Part shown: piece by piece, positions 41,388 to 54,248 of the stretch
How the letters are laid out: the number at the start of each line of letters is the position of its first letter
Numbering within the stretch: the first letter of the stretch is position 1
DNA from: a candidate division FCPU426 bacterium
GTDB taxonomy: Bacteria; Oederibacteriota; JAAXVQ01; JAUVAV01
Direction: 5' to 3'
Assembly: GCA_040756875.1 (NCBI GenBank)
Contig: JBFLYH010000003.1
Coordinates: forward strand, 288,001 to 352,000
DNA length: 64,000 bases
Position numbers and translations under genes: made by a program
The notes under the pieces: model-generated
Told to the model about the DNA's origin: nothing
The model's database searches: none
Seen by the model: the letters and a program-made list of their open reading frames with translations, nothing else

Positions 41388-42935
41388 TCATTCCCATTCT
41401 ATCGTTGCTGGTGGTTTGGAGGAGATGTCGAGCGCAACCCGGTTGACGCCCCGCACCTCGTTGATGATGCGGTTGGACACGCGGCCCAGCAGGTCCTGGG
41501 GTAAATAAGCCCAATCCGCGGTCATGGCGTCCTTGCTGGTCACGGCGCGCAAGGCCACGACGTTTTCATAGGTCCGCTCGTCGCCCATGACACCCACGGT
41601 CTTCACGGGCAGCAGGACCGCGAACGCCTGCCAGAGTTTGCGGTACTGTCCGGCTTTTTTAATCTCCTGCAGGAAAATGGCGTCCGCCTTGCGGACCAAT
41701 TCCAAACGTTCGGGGGTGATTTCGCCCAGAATGCGTACCGCCAGGCCCGGGCCGGGAAATGGATGCCGCCAAACCATGTCCTCGGGCAGTCCCAGCTCCA
41801 GGCCGACACGTCGCACTTCATCCTTGAACAGTTCGCGCAGCGGCTCCACCAGCTGGAAACGCATTTTTTCAGGCAACCCGCCCACGTTGTGGTGGGATTT
41901 GATCGTGGCCGACGGCCCTTTGACCGAAACGCTTTCGATCACGTCGGGATAGATGGTGCCCTGGGCCAAAAAGTCGAACTGCCCGAGTTTCTCCGAAGCC
42001 TGTTCAAACACTTCGATGAAGGTGGCGCCGATGCGCTTGCGTTTTTCCTCGGGGTCCGTGACGCCGGCAAGCGCGTCCAGGAATTCCCGGGTCGCGTCCA
42101 CCACCTCCAAATTCATGTCGTAATTTTTCCTGAACAGCTGGATGATCGCGTCCGCCTCGCCCGCCCGCAGCAGGCCGTTGTCGATCAGCATGCAGGTCAG
42201 CTGGCGGCCGATGGCTTTGTGCAGCAGGACCGCGGCTACGGCCGAATCCACCCCTCCGGAAAGCCCCAACAGTACTTTGCGCTTTCCCACCTGCCCGCGG
42301 ATGCGCTCCACGGTTTCTTCGATGAACGAAGCCGAAGTCCACGACCCACGGCACCCGCAGACGCCGTAGAGAAAATTCCTCAGGATCGCCATGCCTTCGG
42401 CCGTATGCTCCACTTCGGGATGAAACTGCAATCCGAATATTTTCCGCCTCTCGTCGGCAATCGCGGCCATGGGCGCGTTTTGGGTTTTGGCCGCGATTTG
42501 AAACCCTTCAGGCAAATTCGCCAGCCGGTCGCCATGGCTCATCCATACCTGGCTCTTGCGGCCGAGATTGCGAAACAGAGGGCTGTCGCCGACGACTTCC
42601 AATTCGGCGAATCCGAACTCCCGGTGGTCCGAAGGCTCCACCTTGCCGCCCAGCAGGTGCCCGATCAGCTGCATGCCATAGCAGATACCGAGGACCGGCA
42701 CGCCCATTGCCAGCACTTCCGCCGGTATCAGGGGCGAATCAGCCGCATAGACCGACGCCGGGCCTCCGGAAAGCACCAGACCTTTGGGGGCCAGGGCCCG
42801 AATCCGGTCCAGCGGCAGGCGGAAAGGGTGGATTTCGCAATAGATGTTCAGCTCGCGGATGCGCCGCGCGATCAGCTGGGTGTACTGGGAGCCAAAGTCC
42901 AGAATGAGGATAAAGTCCTGGTGCGACGCTTGCAT
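41388..42935 (-). CDS. guaA: GMP synthase (glutamine-hydrolysing)
   Basis: [36 protein letters not shown] and KPPATIEWE motifs. Confidence 0.98.
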   Translation of the reverse strand: MQASHQDFILILDFGSQYTQLIARRIRELNIYCEIHPFRLPLDRIRALAPKGLVLSGGPASVYAADSPLIPAEVLAMGVPVLGICYGMQLIGHLLGGKVEPSDHREFGFAELEVVGDSPLFRNLGRKSQVWMSHGDRLANLPEGFQIAAKTQNAPMAAIADERRKIFGLQFHPEVEHTAEGMAILRNFLYGVCGCRGSWTSASFIEETVERIRGQVGKRKVLLGLSGGVDSAVAAVLLHKAIGRQLTCMLIDNGLLRAGEADAIIQLFRKNYDMNLEVVDATREFLDALAGVTDPEEKRKRIGATFIEVFEQASEKLGQFDFLAQGTIYPDVIESVSVKGPSATIKSHHNVGGLPEKMRFQLVEPLRELFKDEVRRVGLELGLPEDMVWRHPFPGPGLAVRILGEITPERLELVRKADAIFLQEIKKAGQYRKLWQAFAVLLPVKTVGVMGDERTYENVVALRAVTSKDAMTADWAYLPQDLLGRVSNRIINEVRGVNRVALDISSKPPATIEWE

Positions 42936-42966
42936 GAGTCACCTCGTCAGGCATTGGAAAAAAAGA

Positions 42967-43033
42967 ACCACAGAGGTCACTGAGGAGTTTTAGGCCAACT
43001 TCCAGCCCGATCGACCTCTGCGTCCTCTGTGGT
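42967..43033. repeat. 9-mer-periodic inverted repeat element
   Basis: ACCACAGAGG TCACTGAGG ... CCTCTGCGT CCTCTGTGGT. Confidence 0.7.
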
Positions 43034-43069
43034 GCTTTGATTATCTCGTCCCGTCCGCTCCGGCCGGGC

Positions 43070-44626
<1,557 letters not shown>

Positions 44627-44647
44627 TCAGGGTCTTTAGAAGTGCCG

Positions 44648-44676
44648 ATATTAGCAAAAGGCCTTGTAAAAGTCAA
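44648..44676 (-). promoter_or_regulatory. putative sigma70 promoter for guaBA
   Basis: TTGACT-17 nt-TAATAT with an extended TG. Confidence 0.65.
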
Positions 44677-44689
44677 GCAGCGCATCCTT

Positions 44690-44729
44690 AAAAACAAAGC
44701 CGGGCAGGGTTTTCGCACCTGCCCGGCTT
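44690..44729 (-). terminator. groL terminator
   Basis: AAGCCGGGCAGG/CCTGCCCGGCTT stem followed by TGTTTTT on the minus strand. Confidence 0.8.
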
Positions 44730-44759
44730 GGCTTTACTTGAACCGTTCCTATCCAGCTT

Positions 44760-46844
<2,085 letters not shown>

Positions 46845-47600
46845 TCAAGCCTGAGGGAGGTGGGCTGAAAGGAACCGGCGCATGTGCCCGGCCACGGTCA
46901 GGTACTCCTGGTCAAGGGTAATGACATGGTAGGAATCGGTCAGGCGGTGCTTTTCCTTCACCGCCGAGCCGGCGTGGCGATAGCAGTAATCCATGCAATC
47001 CGGCGGGATGACATGGTCTTCCTGGGCTTGGATCGTCAGCAAGGGTGCCGTAATGCGCGGCAGGGCCTCCCGGGCTGCGGCCATGACCTGCCGCAGATCC
47101 ATCAGGCTTTTCATGGCATGGCGGGAATAGCACGGATCCTCGAACTGCCTTACCTTGACGTCGGTCTTACCCGCCTCGCGCCACAGCCCGAGCCAGGCGA
47201 GCACCGGCAGAAAGGATTGGCGCCAGTCGCGCAAATACAAGGCTGGAGACAGGGCCACCACGGCGCTTACCGGCCGCACAGACGCCACATGCAGGGCCAG
47301 GGCCCCTCCCATGGAGAGGCCGGCCACTGCCGGACGGGGGTGCGTGCGCGCCAACTCGTCCCAGGCGGCCACCGCGGCGTCGAGCCAATCCCGGGAGCTG
47401 TGGCTGGCCAAATCTTCGGGCGTGGTGCCTGATCCCGGCAGCAGCGGCAAGGAAAGGGTGAACCCGGCCCGGGCGAGCTCCTCGGCTACTGGCAATACGG
47501 TCTTGGGGGAGCAGGTGAATCCGTGCAAAAAAACGAGGGCCCGGGGCCCGCCGGTCAAACGGATGGGTTTGCCGTCGAGGGAGGCTGCGGCTTCGTTCAT
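46845..47600 (-). CDS. carboxylesterase (alpha/beta hydrolase)
   Basis: LHGFT, GLSMGG, EDHVI and SYHVIT motifs. Confidence 0.9.
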   Translation of the reverse strand: MNEAAASLDGKPIRLTGGPRALVFLHGFTCSPKTVLPVAEELARAGFTLSLPLLPGSGTTPEDLASHSSRDWLDAAVAAWDELARTHPRPAVAGLSMGGALALHVASVRPVSAVVALSPALYLRDWRQSFLPVLAWLGLWREAGKTDVKVRQFEDPCYSRHAMKSLMDLRQVMAAAREALPRITAPLLTIQAQEDHVIPPDCMDYCYRHAGSAVKEKHRLTDSYHVITLDQEYLTVAGHMRRFLSAHLPQA

Positions 47601-48502
47601 GGCTGCTTTTTCTGGAGTGAACGGATCATTTCCATGAGGGTGTTCATGCTGTCTTTGCTGAAAACGGAGCGGTCGTAGGCGGTCAGCTGCCGGCCCTGGC
47701 TATCCACGATTTCCAAGCCGTCAAACGTCGTGAATTCGTAACGACGGACCACCAACTGCGCCACGCTCAGGATCACCTGCAACAAGTCTTCGCGCAGCGA
47801 GGGAGTGGCCAGGGAATCGAACGGAGGCGTCCCGGGCGTGAAATCCAGGATGAGGCGGAAACGGCCCGGGGCGGTGCGGTTGCGCAAGGACAGGTCGGAT
47901 TCGGCGAATTCCCCGCGCACGCCTTGGAGCTTGAACAAGCGCTCTCCAACCAGACTCGCTTGCAACTGGGTGCGGACCCGCTCGGCGATCTGGCGGCTGA
48001 GGAACTCAGACAGTCGCCACGCCTTGGGTGCAAACATCGGAACGTTTCCTGCTTCCGCCGGAGTCTCAGCCCGGACGTCGATCAGGAGGCGCTGGAAATA
48101 ATCCGTGCGGGAAATATCGTCCATGATCAGGCGCCGGATGTCCTTGATATACCGGACAAAAGAGACCTCCACGCCTAGCGTGGGGTCGCGGAGCGTGACC
48201 ACGAAAAACTCATAAGGAAACTGGGAGGAAAGCGTCACACGGGAGGTGGTCAGCATGACGTTTTCAATCTTGTTCAACGCCTGGTCTGAAAAGCTGAGGT
48301 CCTTGAGGAGGGAGTTGGGCGTCACGACCAATGCGCCTATGGTGGTGCCCGAGGCTTTGACCTGGACCTGGACCTTGTACTCGGCTCGGCAGATCTTGGC
48401 GATGGTGTCTTCCACGCTGCCCTCCGGATAGGAAGGACGGCAGCCGGTCCACAGGGGGGCCAGAAGCAATAGGCTGGCGAGGAGTCGCAGGGCGGCGTTC
48501 AC
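47597..48502 (-). CDS. hypothetical lipoprotein
   Basis: Signal peptide ending WTGC; stop overlaps the downstream gene and the start is 5 nt from the upstream stop. Confidence 0.7.
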   Translation of the reverse strand: MNAALRLLASLLLLAPLWTGCRPSYPEGSVEDTIAKICRAEYKVQVQVKASGTTIGALVVTPNSLLKDLSFSDQALNKIENVMLTTSRVTLSSQFPYEFFVVTLRDPTLGVEVSFVRYIKDIRRLIMDDISRTDYFQRLLIDVRAETPAEAGNVPMFAPKAWRLSEFLSRQIAERVRTQLQASLVGERLFKLQGVRGEFAESDLSLRNRTAPGRFRLILDFTPGTPPFDSLATPSLREDLLQVILSVAQLVVRRYEFTTFDGLEIVDSQGRQLTAYDRSVFSKDSMNTLMEMIRSLQKKQP

Positions 48503-48507
48503 GGCAG

Positions 48508-50232
48508 TCAGGATTTTGACTTGGATCCGGATTTGCGTTCGGATTTGCGGACGGTTTCCGCCTTGGGTTCGAGTGCCGGCGCAGCCGGAAGCGCCGGCAC
48601 GCTGGGCGTGGCCAGCACGGGCTTGGGGATGGGATGAGCCAGCCCGAACTCCGCGAAAATGGCGTCGATTTCGTCGTAGTCGAGCTCTTCTTTCTCAAGC
48701 AACGCCTTTACGAAGCGGTCCACGACTTTCCAATTCTTTTTCAACACCCGCGTGGTGTCGTCGCTGCATTCCCGCAGAATCCGCTCGGTTTCGGCGTTCA
48801 GGCGTTCCTTGAGGGATTCGGAAATCTGGCCTTCGGGCATCATGGAAAAATCACCTAGAAAACCGTTTCCGCCCATTCCCACTTTCCACACCATGTGATG
48901 GGCGATCGCCATGGCTTTCTGAAAATCCGCCGCAACGCCGGCGCTGGTAACGCCGAAGCGGAGTTTCTCAGCCATGTATCCAGCCAGCGCGGCCTTGATT
49001 TCGGCCATGGCCACTTCCCGGTCCTGGTTGTAGTATTCCTCGCGGGGCAAATGATGCACCACGCCCAGCGTGCCGCCGCGCGAGATGATGGAAGCCTTGA
49101 AAACGTCATCCTGCGGATGAAGAAGATAGAGAATGACCAGGTGCCCGGCTTCGTGGTAGGCCACCAGCTCCCTTTCGTGCGGTGTCATGGTCTTGCGATG
49201 CTCCACGCCCAACTCGATGCGCTCGATGGCTTTGATCATGTCAGCCAGCCCGATCTGCTCGCTCCCGCGGCGCATGGCGATCAAAGCGGATTCCTTGACC
49301 ACGCTCTCGATGTCCGCCGGGCTCTTGCCCACGGCCTTGCGGGCCAGGCGGCCGATATCCAGATCAGGATCATGTTGCACTTTGGCCAGATAGTAACGGA
49401 AAAGCTCCTCCCGTTCCTGCAGGTTGGGCTTGTCGATAAATATCTTGCGGTCAAAGCGGCCAGGGCGCATGAGCGCGGCGTCGAGCACATTTTCAGCAGC
49501 ATTGGTCGCGCCGATGACCACGATGTTGACGCCCCGGGATTCCAGGCCGTCCATTTCCACCAGCAACTGGTTCTGGGTGCTGTTGGTCTCTTCGCCGCCA
49601 CCCATGTAGCTGAAGGTCCGGCCACGGCCAATGACTTCGATTTCATCGATGAACACTATGCAGCAGCCTTCGGCGTAAGCCAGTTGCCGGGCTTGCTTGA
49701 AAAGTTTGCGCACGCGCGACGCGCCCACGCCCACGAAGACTTCCACGAATTCGGAGCCGGCCACGGACAGGAACGGCACCTTGGCTTCTGTGGCAATGGC
49801 CTTGGCCAGCAGGGTCTTGCCGCAGCCCGGCGGACCTACCAGCAGCAGCCCGCGGAGGATCTTGCCGCCGATCATTTTGAGCCGGGAGCGGTCACGGATC
49901 AACTGCACCACTTCCCAGGCTTCCCGCTTCGCCTGCTCCAGGCCGATGACATCCGTGAACTTGACACTCACGAACGCGGATTTGATCTTCTGCTTTTTCA
50001 TCTGGGAAAAACCGCCGCGGAACACGGTCATGTACAAATAAACGAAAACCACGGCATTGAGGGCGGTCATGAGTAATTGCAGCGGAAGAGTGGCCAGGGT
50101 CAGATTGAGGTAAAAGGATTCCAGCGAAGCCAGGCCGACAATCGTGAAAAAAATCAGCAGCACGACTGCGACGATGATCAGGATCCGGACCCAGTAATTC
50201 ATGAACCAGACTTTAATGCGTCGGTACAGCAT
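48508..50232 (-). CDS. ftsH: FtsH-like AAA+ zinc metalloprotease (M41)
   Basis: KFTDVIG, GPPGCGKT, FIDEIE, RPGRFDR and HEAGH motifs; short two-TM N-terminus. Confidence 0.88.
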   Translation of the reverse strand: MLYRRIKVWFMNYWVRILIIVAVVLLIFFTIVGLASLESFYLNLTLATLPLQLLMTALNAVVFVYLYMTVFRGGFSQMKKQKIKSAFVSVKFTDVIGLEQAKREAWEVVQLIRDRSRLKMIGGKILRGLLLVGPPGCGKTLLAKAIATEAKVPFLSVAGSEFVEVFVGVGASRVRKLFKQARQLAYAEGCCIVFIDEIEVIGRGRTFSYMGGGEETNSTQNQLLVEMDGLESRGVNIVVIGATNAAENVLDAALMRPGRFDRKIFIDKPNLQEREELFRYYLAKVQHDPDLDIGRLARKAVGKSPADIESVVKESALIAMRRGSEQIGLADMIKAIERIELGVEHRKTMTPHERELVAYHEAGHLVILYLLHPQDDVFKASIISRGGTLGVVHHLPREEYYNQDREVAMAEIKAALAGYMAEKLRFGVTSAGVAADFQKAMAIAHHMVWKVGMGGNGFLGDFSMMPEGQISESLKERLNAETERILRECSDDTTRVLKKNWKVVDRFVKALLEKEELDYDEIDAIFAEFGLAHPIPKPVLATPSVPALPAAPALEPKAETVRKSERKSGSKSKS

Positions 50233-50344
50233 GGAACAATCTCCCTCGGCTAAAAGGCCGTTTCAATCCGTTCTTAGACCCCGGGTTCAGCTGAACGGTC
50301 TTGGGAAAGCGGCCGGTGAAGGCCGGGTTCTACTGAAGGGTTTG

Positions 50345-50623
50345 TTAAGCCTCGACTTTGTGGGTGATGACCACTATTTTAATGGCGCTTTTGCGTTCGC
50401 CGTCCAATTCCAAATGCATGAATTCGGGCCTGAAGGTCAGCTCGATTTTATCGTCAGCCAGATAAGAGCGGGAAATGGTGATGGCTTTGATCGCCTGGTT
50501 CACGCTTTGCGGGCCCATGGCCACGACCTCGATGTCCTTGCCTTCCCGGATGTTATTGGCGATAGCCCCTGCGACCGTGGCGGGATTGCTCTTTCCGGCG
50601 ACTTTCAACGTGAGGAGTGGCAT
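50345..50623 (-). CDS. spoVS: stage V sporulation protein S family
   Basis: LKVAGKSNPATVAGAIA, GPQSVNQAIKAI and GERKSAIK motifs. Confidence 0.92.
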   Translation of the reverse strand: MPLLTLKVAGKSNPATVAGAIANNIREGKDIEVVAMGPQSVNQAIKAITISRSYLADDKIELTFRPEFMHLELDGERKSAIKIVVITHKVEA

Positions 50624-50689
50624 GGTGGCATGTCTCCTTTGCGGCGTTTCCCTGTTCGGGTCCACCCAGCATGGGCTTCGTATTATTTA

Positions 50690-50718
50690 AGTATAGCACA
50701 CGGGGAGGGGCTTTTCAA
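50690..50718 (-). promoter_or_regulatory. putative sigma70 promoter for spoVS
   Basis: TTGAAA-17 nt-TATACT with an extended TG. Confidence 0.65.
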
Positions 50719-51566
50719 TTTCGCTTCTTGGCCAGAATATGCGCCAGGGCATAGACCTCGGACCGCGGCAACCCTAATTTTCGGGCGATTTGGGCTGCTG
50801 CTTGATTCAGGGATAGGCCTTCAGCCTCCAGGCGCCGTAGCTGTTCCGCGATGCCGACCTCTTCGGTCCGGCGCGCTTCCTGGGCCCCGGCCAGAACGAG
50901 GGTGTACTCCCCTTGGGTTTTCCGTTTGGCCAGGGCACCCAGCTCCGAAAGGGGGGCGCGCTGGAATTCCTCGTATTTTTTAGTCATTTCCCGGCACAAA
51001 GCAGCCCGGCGGTCTCCAAAAACCGCCAGCATTTGTTCAAGGGTCTCGACCAGGCGATGGGGAGACACGAAGAATACCAGAGTTTCCTGGCGGTCCTTCA
51101 GGTCTGAAAACCAGCGCTGTTGGGCGCTGGCTTTGGCCGGTGGATAGCCGAAAAAGGCAAACATCTCCATGGGCAGGCCCGACCCCACCAGGGCGGTCAG
51201 CAAGGCCGAGGCGCCGGGAACAACTTCAACCGGCAGGGAGAGCCGCAAGGCCTCGGCCAACAGCCAGTATCCCGGGTCGGAAATGCCCGGCGTGCCGGCG
51301 TCCGTCACCAGGGCCAGGTTTTGTCCGGCGGTCAGCTGCCGCAGCAAGGCCGGCGTGCGCTGGTGCTCGTTGTCCTTGTGGTAGCTTTCCAGGGGGCGTT
51401 GGATGTTATAGTGGTCGAGCAAAATGCGGGTGCGGCGGGTGTCCTCGGCCAGGATCACATCCGCGGTCTGCAATTTTTTCAGGGCCCGCAGCGTGATGTC
51501 TTCAAGATTGCCGATGGGCGTGGCGATGAGGCTGAGCGTTCCCGGGGCGCCTTCCGCTGCGCTCAT
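50715..51566 (-). CDS. rsmI: 16S rRNA C1402 2'-O-methyltransferase
   Basis: ATPIGNLEDITLRA, AEDTR, DAGTPGISDPG and REMTKKYEE motifs. Confidence 0.95.
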   Translation of the reverse strand: MSAAEGAPGTLSLIATPIGNLEDITLRALKKLQTADVILAEDTRRTRILLDHYNIQRPLESYHKDNEHQRTPALLRQLTAGQNLALVTDAGTPGISDPGYWLLAEALRLSLPVEVVPGASALLTALVGSGLPMEMFAFFGYPPAKASAQQRWFSDLKDRQETLVFFVSPHRLVETLEQMLAVFGDRRAALCREMTKKYEEFQRAPLSELGALAKRKTQGEYTLVLAGAQEARRTEEVGIAEQLRRLEAEGLSLNQAAAQIARKLGLPRSEVYALAHILAKKRN

Positions 51567-52051
51567 GGCCGGGGCGTTGGAGACGCGGCGCGCCGTTGCA
51601 ATTGCTTCAGGGTTGCTGCCAGCAGGCCTTCCATTTTATCCAATTCGCCGGGTTGGAGTTCCTGGCCTTCGGCGATTTCCTTCACCACCTGGACGTAGAA
51701 GAGCAACTGGCCGCCGTTCTGGCGGTCCAGGCGGTCCAGCGCCCGCATCATCCGGCTGACCTCGTCCAGCATCCGGCGCAGCCGTTCCCCGTCCGCCTGG
51801 GTGAATTTGCCCTGGTTGCGCTCCAGGCTGCGCCGGGCTTCATCCACATTGGTGGTTAGGGTGACCTTGATGAACTTGGCCTGATTGGCGCGGACGAAAA
51901 CGACCGTTGTCGCGCCCAAGGCCGCCAGACCCAGGATGACGGCCAACAGCCAGCCCCAATGCGTCCCGCGCGAAATCCGCGCCGGGACACCGCGGACGGC
52001 GTTCCGGGACTCTTCCCGTTGCTGCTGGCGCATCCGCTGTTTCCTGCCCAT
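51563..52051 (-). CDS. hypothetical single-pass membrane protein
   Basis: Basic N-terminus, one TM segment and a helical domain; ATGA overlap with rsmI. Confidence 0.65.
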   Translation of the reverse strand: MGRKQRMRQQQREESRNAVRGVPARISRGTHWGWLLAVILGLAALGATTVVFVRANQAKFIKVTLTTNVDEARRSLERNQGKFTQADGERLRRMLDEVSRMMRALDRLDRQNGGQLLFYVQVVKEIAEGQELQPGELDKMEGLLAATLKQLQRRAASPTPRP

Positions 52052-52094
52052 CAGGTTCTTCCTCCCGCTTCCACGGCGCTGGCCGAGTTCCTTT

Positions 52095-53315
52095 TCAAAA
52101 CGTTCCGCCGCGCGGCACGTAAGCGCGCTGGTTGTCCGGAATCGGCGCCGGCTGCCTGAGCCCCGCGGATTCGCGGATACGGTGGTATACCCACCGGAGT
52201 TTCTCCTCGTGTACGCCCAAGCGCTGCAAATGGGAAAGGGAAACCCTCACGTCCAATACCTGGTAAAGGTAATAATCGATTTCCTTCCAGGCCCGAACGG
52301 TCGTTCGGCCGTTTCCGGGCTGTTGGGCGTGATCGGTCACTACCCGCGGCACATTGAGGGCGCGCGCCAGTTCCAAAACCTGGCTCTGATAGAGGTCGCC
52401 CAGCAGGTTGAAATCGCAAGCCAATTCGGCGTGGCGGCCCAATCCGCCCACCCAGCATTTGGTTTTGTTTACACTGCCCGCGACCAAGGCTTTCCGGTGC
52501 TGGGCTTGATGGTAGAGATAAGCCGCGCGCAAGCGCGCGACCTGCGGCTGGCGTTCCGAAGACGAAAGCCGCTCCCAGTCGGGCATGCCTGCATGCAGCA
52601 CAGGACGCAGATCGTGAATGTCCAGGGGGCTCTTGAGAAAACGGGCCACCAACCCGGCCCGGCCCCGGTCCTGGTTGGACCGTTCTCCTTCCGCATAAAA
52701 AACCATATGCACCCGCTCCCGGCCGAGGGCTTCGACCAGGAGGTTAGCGGCCACGGCTGAATCCAGGCCACCGGACAACCCCAAAACCACGTTCCGCACC
52801 CCGGCGCGCTCCATCTGCTCCTGGATGAACTGTATAAGGGACGCCCGCGCCTGTCCGGAATCCAAGCCGGGAAACTTTAAGGTTTTGATATCGCCTTCCA
52901 AGCGCGAACTTTCGAACCAGGCGGGAATGGATCCCGCGGACTCAGCGCGGGGTTCTGAAGCCTGGGCAGCGGCAGGCCGGTGAGTGGGTTCGATCGCCGG
53001 CGCCACGGCCGGTTCCATTGCCGCTACCGCAGACGCCTCGGCGGGCATCGTTTCGGCAATCTCCGGCGTTGGTTCGGGTTCGGGTTCGGATTCCGGCTCC
53101 AAAACAGATTCCGGATCCTGGACGAACCCGGGTTCCTGCGTTGAAACCGGTTGTTCGGTTGATTCCGTGGTCTGCCCGTCGACTGCCGTCATGCCGGCCG
53201 CAAGGGTACGGGGCCTGCGGCGGCCTCTGCCTCCCCGCCGGCGCCGGCGCCGGGGGCGGTGCGGTTTGTCCGTAGTTGCGGGTGTTTCAGGTCCGATAAT
53301 CGGTGTCTCGTCCAT
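52095..53315 (-). CDS. NAD+ synthetase-like (NadE-like) protein, divergent, with a disordered N-terminal extension
   Basis: VVLGLSGGLDSAV, ARLR, GSVNKT and GDLYQSQV motifs; ~130-aa Arg-rich, Glu/Pro-rich N-terminus. Confidence 0.75.
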   Translation of the reverse strand: MDETPIIGPETPATTDKPHRPRRRRRRGGRGRRRPRTLAAGMTAVDGQTTESTEQPVSTQEPGFVQDPESVLEPESEPEPEPTPEIAETMPAEASAVAAMEPAVAPAIEPTHRPAAAQASEPRAESAGSIPAWFESSRLEGDIKTLKFPGLDSGQARASLIQFIQEQMERAGVRNVVLGLSGGLDSAVAANLLVEALGRERVHMVFYAEGERSNQDRGRAGLVARFLKSPLDIHDLRPVLHAGMPDWERLSSSERQPQVARLRAAYLYHQAQHRKALVAGSVNKTKCWVGGLGRHAELACDFNLLGDLYQSQVLELARALNVPRVVTDHAQQPGNGRTTVRAWKEIDYYLYQVLDVRVSLSHLQRLGVHEEKLRWVYHRIRESAGLRQPAPIPDNQRAYVPRGGTF

Positions 53316-53324
53316 AGGCTCCTG

Positions 53325-54209
53325 TCAGTATCCCAAGCTGGCCAGCGTTTCCAGATTCTTGCGCGCAGTGTCTCCGGCTGGATCGTGCTTGGGAATTTTT
53401 TCCCATTCCAGGCGCGCCTGCAGAAAACGCCCCACTTGGAAATACGCGGTTCCCCATCCCAGATGGGCTGCCGCTAAGGCCGGATCGATCGTCACCGCCT
53501 GTTCAAAGGCGGCCATGGCGTCCTCGAGGCGGCCGATTTTGAGATACACATTTCCCAGGTTGTTGTACGCAGTGGCGCTGCGCGGATTCAGGCGCAGGGT
53601 CTGCTGGAATTCATTGAGCGCCTCGGCGTATTTTCCCTGCTTGTAATACACCTGCCCCAGCGCCTGCCTGGCTTCGGTGTCGCGCGGCTGCTCCTGGGTC
53701 AGGCGTTGGTACTGTGCTTCGGCCTTATCGTCTTCCCCCCGGTCGGAATAAAGCTTGGCCAGTTGGGCCGAAGCGCCGGCGTGCTGGGGATTGAGTTTCA
53801 GCGCCTTCTGCCAGGCTTCATAGGCGTCGGTTACCTTGCCTTCGGCGTGGTACGCCTCTCCGCTGCGGAAATAAGCGTCCGCCAGGCGCGCGGCGACTTC
53901 TGAATCGGCCCCCGCGTTCTGATAGGCTTTTTCCAAAGCCTGCGCCGCTTCCGCTGTCAGGCCCTTGCGTTCCAAGGCCGAGGCCAATCCCAGATACACT
54001 TCGGCCCGCTTGGGTTCCTCCTCGGCCGCCTGATAATATGCGGCGATGGCTTCATCCCAGCGGGACTCGCTTTCCAGGGCCTGGGCGTGACGGAAATGGC
54101 CTCCCACCGAGGCGCACCCCAGCCATACACCGGGCGTAAATAAAACCGCAAGCATCCACCAGCGGCCGGGGAACCTATTCGGGAGGGAACTATCCATCGA
54201 CTGGATCAT
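53325..54209 (-). CDS. TPR-repeat protein, probable lipoprotein
   Basis: Multiple TPRs (AYNNLGNVY) and a WLGC lipobox. The start is at 54209 or 54197. Confidence 0.85.
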   Translation of the reverse strand: MIQSMDSSLPNRFPGRWWMLAVLFTPGVWLGCASVGGHFRHAQALESESRWDEAIAAYYQAAEEEPKRAEVYLGLASALERKGLTAEAAQALEKAYQNAGADSEVAARLADAYFRSGEAYHAEGKVTDAYEAWQKALKLNPQHAGASAQLAKLYSDRGEDDKAEAQYQRLTQEQPRDTEARQALGQVYYKQGKYAEALNEFQQTLRLNPRSATAYNNLGNVYLKIGRLEDAMAAFEQAVTIDPALAAAHLGWGTAYFQVGRFLQARLEWEKIPKHDPAGDTARKNLETLASLGY

Positions 54210-54219
54210 TGCGGCTCTT

Positions 54220-54248
54220 ACCGTAGCAAATCCGCCCACCCTTGTCAA
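54220..54248 (-). promoter_or_regulatory. putative sigma70 promoter
   Basis: TTGACA-17 nt-TACGGT with an extended TG. Confidence 0.5.

Noticed and set aside
50345-50623. spoVS as evidence of sporulation
   Set aside because: SpoVS occurs in many non-sporulating bacteria, and no other sporulation genes are present here.
53071-53100. GGTTCG hexamer run as a contingency repeat
   Set aside because: It is in frame, short and imperfect; it simply encodes the EPEPEP linker.
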